Source of the DNA: an uncultured Clostridia bacterium
GTDB lineage: Bacteria > Bacillota > Clostridia > Oscillospirales > Oscillospiraceae
DNA: 64,000 nt
Assembly: GCA_937890525.1 (NCBI GenBank)
Contig: CALADI010000016.1
Coordinates: forward strand, 15,944 to 79,943
Direction: 5' to 3'
Positions within the stretch are counted from its first letter, which is position 1. Each line of letters begins with the position of its first letter. The notes below the pieces were generated by a model, which had not been told where the DNA came from, made no database searches, and was given only the letters and a program-made list of their open reading frames with translations. Position numbers and translations under genes: made by a program. Positions 28,993-37,080 of this stretch are shown here, piece by piece.

Positions 28993-29436
28993 TCAAAGCA
29001 GGATGCCGGCAAAGCACTGGCATGCCAGCCACAAGGACAGGGCGCTGATGAATACGGCACCGTGAGCCTTGGGACCGGAGTTGACCCGATCCATCATGGA
29101 CTGGAACAGCCATGCAAGTACCGTGAAGGTAACGCCGCCGATGACGGCCAGCTTCAGCACATCCATCCCATGGACATAGCCTGCGGCCATGGGAAGCAGT
29201 CCGAAGGTCAGCGCCGACAGGAGTCCGACGCACACATAGCACCGCCGAGCGCCGGGGGCGAGGTAGTGCTCTGCCACCAGAACCATCAGTGACAGCGCCG
29301 CCAGATTCGGGATGTTGATCTGGGGCAGGATCACGATGGGAGCAAAGGTATTGACCAGTACGAACACCAGCATGGTCGCCGTTACGCCGGCGCACAGCAG
29401 GATGTTCAGCAGAAAAGGCTTATTCTTCATAACCAT
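28993..29436 (-). CDS. Polytopic membrane protein of unknown family, translationally coupled to rnfG
   Basis: The ATG overlaps the rnfG TAA stop (TAATG), with GGAGG 8 nt upstream. About 4-5 hydrophobic helices. No resemblance that I can see to RnfE, RnfA or RnfB. Confidence 0.6.
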   Translation of the reverse strand: MVMKNKPFLLNILLCAGVTATMLVFVLVNTFAPIVILPQINIPNLAALSLMVLVAEHYLAPGARRCYVCVGLLSALTFGLLPMAAGYVHGMDVLKLAVIGGVTFTVLAWLFQSMMDRVNSGPKAHGAVFISALSLWLACQCFAGILL

Positions 29437-29975
29437 TAACCTCCCCAAGATGTTGCGCTGGAAGAAGTATCCGCGCCGGTGACGAAGGCCACGGCGGAAT
29501 TGACACCCCGGGCGATGGCCTTGGAGGTGACGGTGGCGCCGGTGAGAGCATCCACATTGGTGCCGATCTCGGCAGAGCCGTCGGTGTTCAGGAACTGCAC
29601 CAAGAATTTGTAGTCGGTGAGGGCCTGCGCACCGAGACCGTAAGTCTCCTGCATCTGCTGGACCTGCATACCGGTCACGAGACCGTCATTGCTGACGCCG
29701 ACCAGCATGGCGATGTCCCCGGCATAGCCGTGGGGCACCACAAAGACGGCGTAGCCCGCATCGGACTTATAGGTGGAGCGGATGGTTTCGTCCTCTCCGG
29801 TGTACTCCTCAAGAGTGAACTCGGTGCTGCCGGGCAGAACGGTCTGCATCCGGTTGAGCAGGTACGCCTGCTCGTTGCTTTCCCGCAGACCTGCGGTGGC
29901 AGTGGTGACGCCGAACACCAGCAGGGCGCACAGGGCGATGATGACAATGGGAGTCAGCAGCTTAGACAGTTTCAT
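29436..29975 (-). CDS. rnfG: RnfG/NqrC-type FMN-binding subunit
   Basis: Start moved to MKLSKLL (GGAGG RBS). N-terminal TM anchor. FMN_bind domain with canonical flavinylation motif NVDALTGATVTSKA. Confidence 0.8.
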   Translation of the reverse strand: MKLSKLLTPIVIIALCALLVFGVTTATAGLRESNEQAYLLNRMQTVLPGSTEFTLEEYTGEDETIRSTYKSDAGYAVFVVPHGYAGDIAMLVGVSNDGLVTGMQVQQMQETYGLGAQALTDYKFLVQFLNTDGSAEIGTNVDALTGATVTSKAIARGVNSAVAFVTGADTSSSATSWGG

Positions 29976-30919
29976 GCCTGACCTCCTTTCTTGGCGGTGC
30001 CGAAACGGCGGGGGGCAGTATAGCGGTCCAGCGCCCAAGTCAGGGCGTTCATCAGCAAAATGGCGTAGGTAACACCCTCGGGATACAGACCGAAGTAGCG
30101 CAGCACCACCGTCAGCACGCCGCAGCCGATGCCGTAGAGGATCTGCCCCTTGGCGGTGACAGGGGAGGTGGCGTAGTCCGTTGCCATGAAGATGGCACCC
30201 AGCATCACACCGCCGCCGGTCAGGCTGTAGAGCATCCAAGCGATGGGGTTGCCGGTCTTAGAGAAGATCAGAGTCAGCACCGCTACGGTTCCCAGATATG
30301 CCACGGGGATCCGGGGGGAGATGACCTTGCGGATCACCAGATAGATGCCGCCCAGGATCAATGCGGCTGCGCTGACCTCACCGATACAGCCGGGGATATT
30401 GCCCAGGAACATATCCATCAGGCTCTCCTCGGGCAGAGCGGGCATGACCATGTGGTGCAGGGGGGTGGCAGCGGTGACACCGTCTACGCCCAGCGCGTTG
30501 AACCGAACCATGGAAACCGGCCAGATCACCATCATCAGCGCACGGGCGGTGAGGGCGGGGTTGAACACATTCTGTCCCAGACCGCCGGCCATCAGCTTGA
30601 CCACCACAATGGCGAACACGCTGCCCAGCGCCGCCTGATACAGGGGGATGGAAGCGGGCAGGGTCATGGCCAGCAGCAGTCCGGTGACCATGGCGGAGCA
30701 GTCCGGCAGGGTGTTACGCTTCTTGGTCAGCAGGGCGTAGAGCCATTCTGCGCCCATGGCGGACAGAATGCTCACCGCCACCACCAGCAGGCTGCGGGTG
30801 CCCAGCACCCATGTACCCACCGCCAGAGCAGGCAGCAGGGCGATGCACACATCCAGCATCAATCGGCTGGAGCGGAAATCCCCACGAATATGAGGAGAGG
30901 AAGCGACGGTTAGATTCAT
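29972..30919 (-). CDS. rnfD: RnfD/NqrB-type membrane subunit
   Basis: N-terminal SSPHIR motif, polytopic, flavinylation-site context VDGVTAATPL. 4-nt overlaps with both neighbouring genes. Confidence 0.85.
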   Translation of the reverse strand: MNLTVASSPHIRGDFRSSRLMLDVCIALLPALAVGTWVLGTRSLLVVAVSILSAMGAEWLYALLTKKRNTLPDCSAMVTGLLLAMTLPASIPLYQAALGSVFAIVVVKLMAGGLGQNVFNPALTARALMMVIWPVSMVRFNALGVDGVTAATPLHHMVMPALPEESLMDMFLGNIPGCIGEVSAAALILGGIYLVIRKVISPRIPVAYLGTVAVLTLIFSKTGNPIAWMLYSLTGGGVMLGAIFMATDYATSPVTAKGQILYGIGCGVLTVVLRYFGLYPEGVTYAILLMNALTWALDRYTAPRRFGTAKKGGQA

Positions 30920-32226
30920 TTGCTGTTTGCCTCCTTGATCATTTGTTTGCCCTTGCGGAAGGACTCCACCAACGGCAGCTTTCCGGGGCAGGTAAAGGCG
31001 CAGCTTCCGCAGCCCATGCAGTCCATCAGATTCAGACGCTCCAGTTCATCCGTGCGTCCGGCGTTGACATAGCGGTACATGTACAGCGGCTGCAGGTGCA
31101 TGGGACATACGCTGACGCACTTGCCGCAGCGCAGGCACACCGGATTCTCGGCGGCGCCGTTGCGGTCTTTCAGCAGGCAGAGGATGGAGTTGGTGGCCTT
31201 CACCACGGGAACGGACAGGTCGCTCTGAGCGATGCCCATCATTGGGCCGCCGCTGATGACCCGCTCGGTGCGGTCATTCAGCCCGTTGGCGGCCTCGATC
31301 AGATCCCGGAAGGGCGTGCCGATGCGCACCACGAAGTTCTGGGGAGAGGTGATGGCCTCGCCGGAGATGGTGACGATGCGCTGGATCAGGGGCATGCCCA
31401 GACGGACAGCCCGGTAGATCGCCGCAAAGGTGGATACATTAAAGACGGCGCACCCCACGCTGACCGGGAGCTGTCCCGGAGGGACTTCCCGCCCGGTGAC
31501 GGACTGGATCAGCTGCTTTTCGGAACCCTGGGGGTAGCGGGTGGGCAGGATCAAGATCTCGATCTCCGGGAAAGAACCGGAGAGGGACTTGATCTTCTCG
31601 ATGGCGGCGGCTTTGTTGTCCTCCACCGCCAGAACCACACGCTCGGGCTTGAGCACATGGCGCAGGATCATCATGCCCTCCAGCACATGCTCGGGGTTGG
31701 TGCGCAGCAGGGTATCGTCGGCGGTGATGTAGGGTTCACACTCGCAGGCGTTGGCGATCAGGGTGTTCACATGCCCCATGGAGGACAGCGCCTTCACATT
31801 GCCGGGGAAGGCTGCGCCGCCCATGCCCACGATGCCGGCTTCCCGGATGGTGTGCAGGATCTGGTCAGCGTCCAGTTCCTCGGTGGGTGTCTGGCAGAGC
31901 TGATACTCGATGGTGTTGTCCTGAAAATCGTTGTCGATGACGATGGCGTTGACCATCTGACCGTTGGGATGGGGACGGGGCTCTACGGCGGTGACGGTGC
32001 CGGACACGGAAGCGTGCACGGGGACACACAGACCTTCGCCGTCACCGATCTTCTGCCCGCGCAGTACCTTGTCTCCCACCTTTACCAAAGGCTTACAGGG
32101 AGCGCCGATGTGCTGGGACAGGGGGATGATGACCTGCCGGGGGATCACCGGGTCGGCAGGATTGGCATTTGCGGAAAGCTCCTTGCGGTATGCAGGATGG
32201 ATCCCGCCAAAAAACAGGTGTTTCAT
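30916..32226 (-). CDS. rnfC: RnfC-type NADH-binding Fe-S subunit
   Basis: RnfC_N barrel-sandwich N-terminus (GGIHP..K), SLBB/51-kDa-like region (GIVGMGGAAFP) and two ferredoxin motifs (CLRCGKCVSVCP, CMGCGSCAFTCP). Confidence 0.85.
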   Translation of the reverse strand: MKHLFFGGIHPAYRKELSANANPADPVIPRQVIIPLSQHIGAPCKPLVKVGDKVLRGQKIGDGEGLCVPVHASVSGTVTAVEPRPHPNGQMVNAIVIDNDFQDNTIEYQLCQTPTEELDADQILHTIREAGIVGMGGAAFPGNVKALSSMGHVNTLIANACECEPYITADDTLLRTNPEHVLEGMMILRHVLKPERVVLAVEDNKAAAIEKIKSLSGSFPEIEILILPTRYPQGSEKQLIQSVTGREVPPGQLPVSVGCAVFNVSTFAAIYRAVRLGMPLIQRIVTISGEAITSPQNFVVRIGTPFRDLIEAANGLNDRTERVISGGPMMGIAQSDLSVPVVKATNSILCLLKDRNGAAENPVCLRCGKCVSVCPMHLQPLYMYRYVNAGRTDELERLNLMDCMGCGSCAFTCPGKLPLVESFRKGKQMIKEANSK

Positions 32227-32248
32227 AGCTTCACCTCGTTCACTTTCT

Positions 32249-33283
32249 TTAGGTTCGGATCAGATCCCGGAAGCCGGGACTGTAATACTGCTCTCCTTGG
32301 GCGTCTACCCACATGGCATGGGCATCGAACTGGTCAAGGAGCGCCTGCCCCTGTTCCAGCGGAAGGACGAACAGGGCGGTGGATAGGGCGTCGGCCACGC
32401 CGGAATCCGGGCACACGATGGTCACAGACCGCCAGTATGCCGCCGGATACAGGGTGTCCGGGTCGATGATGTGGTGGTAGGGCACGCCGTCCACCACATA
32501 GTAGCGCTGGTAATCGCCGCTGGTGACCACGCTGCCGCCGGTCACATACAGGGTGTGCAGATAGCGGCTTGAATCGTCGGGGTCGGTTACCCCTACCACC
32601 CAAGGCGTCCCGCTGGGATCCTTGGGCCCGGTGGCGCACACATTGCCCCCTACGCTGATGAGCAGCCCGGTAGGTGCATCTTCGCAGACCCGCTGCGCCG
32701 ACCAACCCTTGGCCACCGCCCCCACATCCAGCCGGGCTTGGGGATCGGTGAGGAATACGGTGGAGGCGGCTTCGTCGATGACCAGACAGTCAAAGCCGGC
32801 ATGCTGGGCTGCGGCGATCAGATCGTCCTCCGGCGGGAGTGCGGCATGCGCCGGATCATCCAGCCCCGCGTCTCTTGCGTCGTGCCACAGCGCCAGCACG
32901 CTGCCCATGGTCACATCCACCCTGCCGTCGGTGGCTTCCCAAAGGGCTTTGCAGTCATTCAGCAGATCGATGATCCGCCGGTCTACCGTGACCGGGGCGA
33001 TCCCCGCCTGATCGTTTACGGTTTTCAGATTGTGGATGCCCTCATACTGGTTGTACACATCAAATAGCTGGTGGTATTCCAGGAGGGCATCGTGGATGGA
33101 CTGGGCTTTCTTCTGAAAAGTGCCTTCGTCGGCGTCTTTTCCCACGATGGTGGTCACGGTGTCGAATAGATCCAAAAAGGTAGCCTGATACTGGGTCTGC
33201 TCCTGGGCCTTGCCGGAGCATCCGGCAAGGTTCAGGGCAAGGATCAGACTCAGAGCAAGGATCACAGATTTACGCATGGTCAT
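32249..33283 (-). CDS. apbE: FAD:protein FMN transferase ApbE, lipoprotein
   Basis: Lipobox LNLAGCSG, then the typical ApbE start (TFLDLFDTVTTI; canonical proteins have MGT here) and conserved regions VAKGW and TSGDYQRY. Confidence 0.85.
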   Translation of the reverse strand: MTMRKSVILALSLILALNLAGCSGKAQEQTQYQATFLDLFDTVTTIVGKDADEGTFQKKAQSIHDALLEYHQLFDVYNQYEGIHNLKTVNDQAGIAPVTVDRRIIDLLNDCKALWEATDGRVDVTMGSVLALWHDARDAGLDDPAHAALPPEDDLIAAAQHAGFDCLVIDEAASTVFLTDPQARLDVGAVAKGWSAQRVCEDAPTGLLISVGGNVCATGPKDPSGTPWVVGVTDPDDSSRYLHTLYVTGGSVVTSGDYQRYYVVDGVPYHHIIDPDTLYPAAYWRSVTIVCPDSGVADALSTALFVLPLEQGQALLDQFDAHAMWVDAQGEQYYSPGFRDLIRT

Positions 33284-33311
33284 AATACGAGCGGTGCGCC
33301 TGCGGGAAGGA

Positions 33312-34379
33312 TCAGTTCCCGGCAGCCTTGGCGATCAGAGCCTGGAAGCCGCCCACGGCGATGGTGACGGAGGTGGCGAGGTCTGCATCGGTGGGAGCGG
33401 TCTTTTCGTTCACGGCGATCCCGGCAACATCAGCGGGGGTCTTGCCGGTGACATAGGCGGCGAAGGAAGCAGCCTGCTCGTTCCACTCGGCGATGGCGCT
33501 GCCCCATGCTTTCATGCCGTAGTCCTCGCCAAGCTGGTTCTTGGTGAGCAGGGGGGCAGTCAAATCGGTGGTGATGGCGCCAGCGGCGTCAAACTCCGCC
33601 TTGCCCTGCAGGGAGTCGATATAGCAGGAGGTGATGGTGTCGCCGTTCATGGTCATGGCGGTCACATCGGTGTCCAGCTGAGCAAGACCCTTGGTCTCGC
33701 CGTCGGCAGGGGTGCTCTTGGCGGTGCTGCTGATGGATGCAAGCTTCAGTACATCCCCGGACTGGGCGCCCAGATGGGCAGCGTTGGCAACGGCGGACTC
33801 GATGGCGGACACGAAGCCGCCCAGATAGATGGTAGCGGTGGAAGCCAGATCGGCATCAGCGGCCATGCCGGCTTCGGTGATGGCACCGCTACGGAGCTGC
33901 TCGACGGTTTTGCCCTGTGCGTAGGCGGCAAGAGCGGCGACCTGCTCGTTCCACTCATACTTGGCACCGCCGTAGGCCTTCATGCCGTAGGCTTCACCCA
34001 GTTCGTTCTTGGTGGAGATGGGGGCGGACAGATCGGAGGTGATCTTACCTGCGGCGTCGAACTTCACGGAAGCGGGGACGCTGTCGATGATGCAGGACTC
34101 GATGACGCCGTCATCGGTGACGGTAACGGCCGCCAGAGTGATATCGTACTTGATCTCACCTTCGGCATCGGCGGAAGCGCTGACGCTGTCGGAGATGCTG
34201 GGAATGATGGCAAGACCGGTCTTGACGGCGCCGGATGCCGGGGCGGCGGTGGGGGCGTCGGTCTCAGCGGGAGTGGTGGATTCGATCACGGGGCTGTAGA
34301 CCACCGTGGTGCCGGTGCAGCCGGCCAGCAGTGCCAGCATCATGGCCAGCACCAGGGCGATGGAAATTTTCTGTTTCAT
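33312..34379 (-). CDS. Lipoprotein made of two tandem FMN_bind-like domains
   Basis: Lipobox LLAGCTG. Two roughly 130-150-aa repeats (aa about 75-205 and 231-355) sharing TKNxLGExYGMKA, EWNEQ, GKT and DADLA(S/T)(T/S)(A/V)TI..GGF. The domain order mirrors the FMN_bind fold signature. Confidence 0.7.
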   Translation of the reverse strand: MKQKISIALVLAMMLALLAGCTGTTVVYSPVIESTTPAETDAPTAAPASGAVKTGLAIIPSISDSVSASADAEGEIKYDITLAAVTVTDDGVIESCIIDSVPASVKFDAAGKITSDLSAPISTKNELGEAYGMKAYGGAKYEWNEQVAALAAYAQGKTVEQLRSGAITEAGMAADADLASTATIYLGGFVSAIESAVANAAHLGAQSGDVLKLASISSTAKSTPADGETKGLAQLDTDVTAMTMNGDTITSCYIDSLQGKAEFDAAGAITTDLTAPLLTKNQLGEDYGMKAWGSAIAEWNEQAASFAAYVTGKTPADVAGIAVNEKTAPTDADLATSVTIAVGGFQALIAKAAGN

Positions 34380-34495
34380 TTCTAAACCTCCTGATTTCTT
34401 TTATTTCGTCTTATTATAAAAATGAAAGCCGTTTAATAGTGTATAATATGTTGCTTAATGTCTACTTACATATCCATTAATAATTGTTAAGATAG

Positions 34496-34527
34496 CAAAA
34501 GCCGGCGGCCGGACTTTGGCCGCCGGC
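34496..34527 (-). terminator. Terminator after the histidine kinase gene
   Basis: Minus strand gccggcggcc / ggccgccggc stem followed by ttttgc. Confidence 0.6.
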
Positions 34528-34532
34528 ATGGT

Positions 34533-35555
34533 TCAGCCGGGGGAGGAAGGGGGTTGGCGGGGGAGGGTGACGAAGAAGGTCGTCCCAACTCCCGGAGTGG
34601 ACTCCACACGGATGTCCCCGTGGTGATCTTCTACCACTTGAGCGGCGATGGCCAGCCCCAGCCCGGTGCCTTTTCCGGACTCCTTGGTGGTGAAGAAAGG
34701 GTCGAAGATGTGGGGCAGGATCTCCGGGGGGATGCCGCAGCCGGTATCGGACAGGCGGATGTGGACGCAGGTCTGGTCGAACCATGTATCCACATGCAGC
34801 GTCCCGCCCTCCGGCTCCATGGCGTGGAAGGCGTTGAGGATCAGATTCAAAAGAAGCTGAGCGATCTGGATCTCGTTGGCAGGGATCCGCTGATCCCAGC
34901 AGTTCAGCCCCAGCTTCACCTGCACCTGCTCCGGGCGGGCGGGGGCAGCCGCTTCCAGAGTTTTTCGAACCAGATCATCCGGAGAAATGGGGCGGATGAC
35001 ATCCCCGGAGCTTTTGCGGGACAGGTCGGACAATCGGGAGATGATCTGCTTTGCCTTGCGCGAAGCCGTGTAGATCTCCAGAATGTTGTCGTATAGCTCG
35101 GTTTCCTCGGGGGGCAGCTTTTCCAGCGCCATCATGGAGTAGCCCATGATGGGGGTGAGCAGGTTGTTGAATTCGTGGGCGATGCTGGAGGTCATGGTGC
35201 CCAGAGTCTCCAGCCGTTGGTGGTGGGCAAGCTGCTGCTGCTTGCGGATCAGTTCGTCCATGGCGGCATTCTTCTGCTCCAGATCCGTGATCTTGCTTCG
35301 GCTGCGGCTGAGTCTGCGGCTGAGCGTCAGCACCATGCCAAAGATGCCGGCGAAGATCAGCCCCAGATCCGCGGCGAGCCGCAGAGCGACGGCGTGCAGG
35401 GGCTTGCGGATCTGGTCAAAATGGGCGTAGTTTGCCATGACACGCTCAAAAGAGCGGCAGACATGGAAGCACAGACATACGCCCGTAATGACCAATAGGA
35501 CGGAAATGCCCATCCCAACGGCAAGGAACAGCCGGGAACGGTTGGTACGATTCAT
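34533..35555 (-). CDS. Sensor histidine kinase with a minimal extracytoplasmic loop
   Basis: Two TM segments separated by about 30 aa. H-box SIAHEFNNLLTPI, N-box LLLNLILNAFHA, G-boxes DTGCGI and GTGLGLAI. Confidence 0.85.
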   Translation of the reverse strand: MNRTNRSRLFLAVGMGISVLLVITGVCLCFHVCRSFERVMANYAHFDQIRKPLHAVALRLAADLGLIFAGIFGMVLTLSRRLSRSRSKITDLEQKNAAMDELIRKQQQLAHHQRLETLGTMTSSIAHEFNNLLTPIMGYSMMALEKLPPEETELYDNILEIYTASRKAKQIISRLSDLSRKSSGDVIRPISPDDLVRKTLEAAAPARPEQVQVKLGLNCWDQRIPANEIQIAQLLLNLILNAFHAMEPEGGTLHVDTWFDQTCVHIRLSDTGCGIPPEILPHIFDPFFTTKESGKGTGLGLAIAAQVVEDHHGDIRVESTPGVGTTFFVTLPRQPPSSPG

Positions 35556-35567
35556 GGGAATACCCCC

Positions 35568-35596
35568 TTGTCAAGCGGGTGATTTTTGATTATACT
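35568..35596 (+). promoter_or_regulatory. Putative promoter of the response-regulator gene
   Basis: TTGTCA, 17 nt, TATACT, about 40 nt upstream of the ATG in the divergent HK/RR spacer. Confidence 0.4.
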
Positions 35597-35635
35597 ATCA
35601 TAAATAACGGATCGATGTAAAGGGGGGATGGAGAA

Positions 35636-36319
35636 ATGTCAGACCGGGTGCTGATCGTGGACGATGACGAATCGGTGCTGAATATGCTCTATAAGGCGAT
35701 CCGAAGCTGCGGCTTGGAAGCAAAGACCGCGCCCAGCGGGGAGCGTGCCTTGGAGATGACCGCTCAAGAGCGGTTCGATCTGATCCTTCTGGATGTGAAT
35801 ATGCGGGGGATGGACGGATTCCAAGTGGTAGAGGCCCTGAGAAACCGGGGTTCCAAGACCCCCATTATCATTGTCAGCGGCAGGAAAGAGGATTATGACA
35901 CCCTGTATGGCTTGGATATTGGAGCGGATGACTATGTGACCAAGCCCTTTAATCCGGTGGTGCTGGGGGCGAAAGCCAAGGCGCTGATCCGCCGCAGCAA
36001 GGGCAGTATGCCCGGCGGGAGTCTCATCATTTCTGCCGGACCCTTCCGCTATAACACCAGCACGCTTCGCTTTTATAAAGATGGACAGGAGATCGTGCTG
36101 TCCTCCAAAGAAAATGCTATGATGAAACTGTTCATCGACAATGTGAACCGGATCTTCTCCAAGGATATGCTCTACGAGCTGATCTGGGGGGAGGCCATCA
36201 TCGACGAAAACGCCATCATGGTCTATATCAACCGCCTGCGTCAGAAGATCGAGGAAGATCCCTCCAAACCCCGCTATATCCAGACGGTGCGGGGGCTGGG
36301 GTATCGGTTCGTGGTCTGA
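35636..36319 (+). CDS. OmpR/PhoB-family response regulator
   Basis: Receiver domain (VLIVDDDE, LILLDVNMRGMDG, K in VTKPF) plus winged-helix output (YIQTVRGLGYRFV). Confidence 0.9.
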   Translation: MSDRVLIVDDDESVLNMLYKAIRSCGLEAKTAPSGERALEMTAQERFDLILLDVNMRGMDGFQVVEALRNRGSKTPIIIVSGRKEDYDTLYGLDIGADDYVTKPFNPVVLGAKAKALIRRSKGSMPGGSLIISAGPFRYNTSTLRFYKDGQEIVLSSKENAMMKLFIDNVNRIFSKDMLYELIWGEAIIDENAIMVYINRLRQKIEEDPSKPRYIQTVRGLGYRFVV

Positions 36320-36343
36320 GACGCAACATAGAAAGGAAACATT

Positions 36344-36991
36344 ATGGGATTTCATTACGATTGGGATTTTCCTCTGCAATTTGTGTGGCTGCTGCTCTGG
36401 GGCGCAGCAGGGGTGACGGCTTTTGTCATCGGGATCGGAATTTGGCTGGTTAAGGCATGGTCGGTATACCGCATTGCCCGCCGCCGGGGGCTGAACAATG
36501 CGTGGCTGAGCTGGCTGCCTGTGGGACGGGATTGGATCTTGGGATCGATTTCGGATCAATACCAGTATCTCGTCCGCGGCAGAGTTCGCAACCGGCGCAA
36601 AGTGCTGGTGGGATTCTCCATCGCATCGTGCTGCACCGTTGTGATCGGTCTGATCTACGGCGTCTGGCTGCTGATGGATACGGCACTGACCATGGCGATG
36701 TATGGAGCGATGCCCGGATATACCCCGAATACGCTGCTGTTCCTGCCGCTTTTGCTGCTTGTAGGTGCTGCGGTGGAGATCGCGGCATATGTGCTGCGGT
36801 GCATCTGCAAATATGACCTGTACCGCTCCTGTGAGCCGTCCAGCGCCGTGCTGTATCTGGTGCTGGGCATCCTGTTTTCTCTGTGTGATGCCGTGTTCCT
36901 CTGGCTGTGCCGGAATAAGGATCAGGGCATGCCCCCCAGAAAGCCGGACCATCGTGCTTATCAGGAGCAGGCTGACCCCACCTATCTGTAA
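36344..36991 (+). CDS. Membrane protein of unknown function, co-transcribed with the response regulator
   Basis: 24-nt gap after the RR gene. Four or more hydrophobic segments. No motif recognised. Confidence 0.6.
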   Translation: MGFHYDWDFPLQFVWLLLWGAAGVTAFVIGIGIWLVKAWSVYRIARRRGLNNAWLSWLPVGRDWILGSISDQYQYLVRGRVRNRRKVLVGFSIASCCTVVIGLIYGVWLLMDTALTMAMYGAMPGYTPNTLLFLPLLLLVGAAVEIAAYVLRCICKYDLYRSCEPSSAVLYLVLGILFSLCDAVFLWLCRNKDQGMPPRKPDHRAYQEQADPTYL

Positions 36992-36994
36992 CGG

Positions 36995-37042
36995 ACAAAA
37001 ATCAGTCCTCCGTACTGCCGAAGCGGTACGGAGGACTTTTTA
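36995..37042. terminator. Bidirectional terminator between convergent genes
   Basis: 12-bp stem agtcctccgtac / gtacggaggact with an A-run upstream and ttttt downstream. Confidence 0.7.
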
Positions 37043-37080
37043 CACATTATGGGTCAGATCCGGGAGAATCGTTTCGCAGA

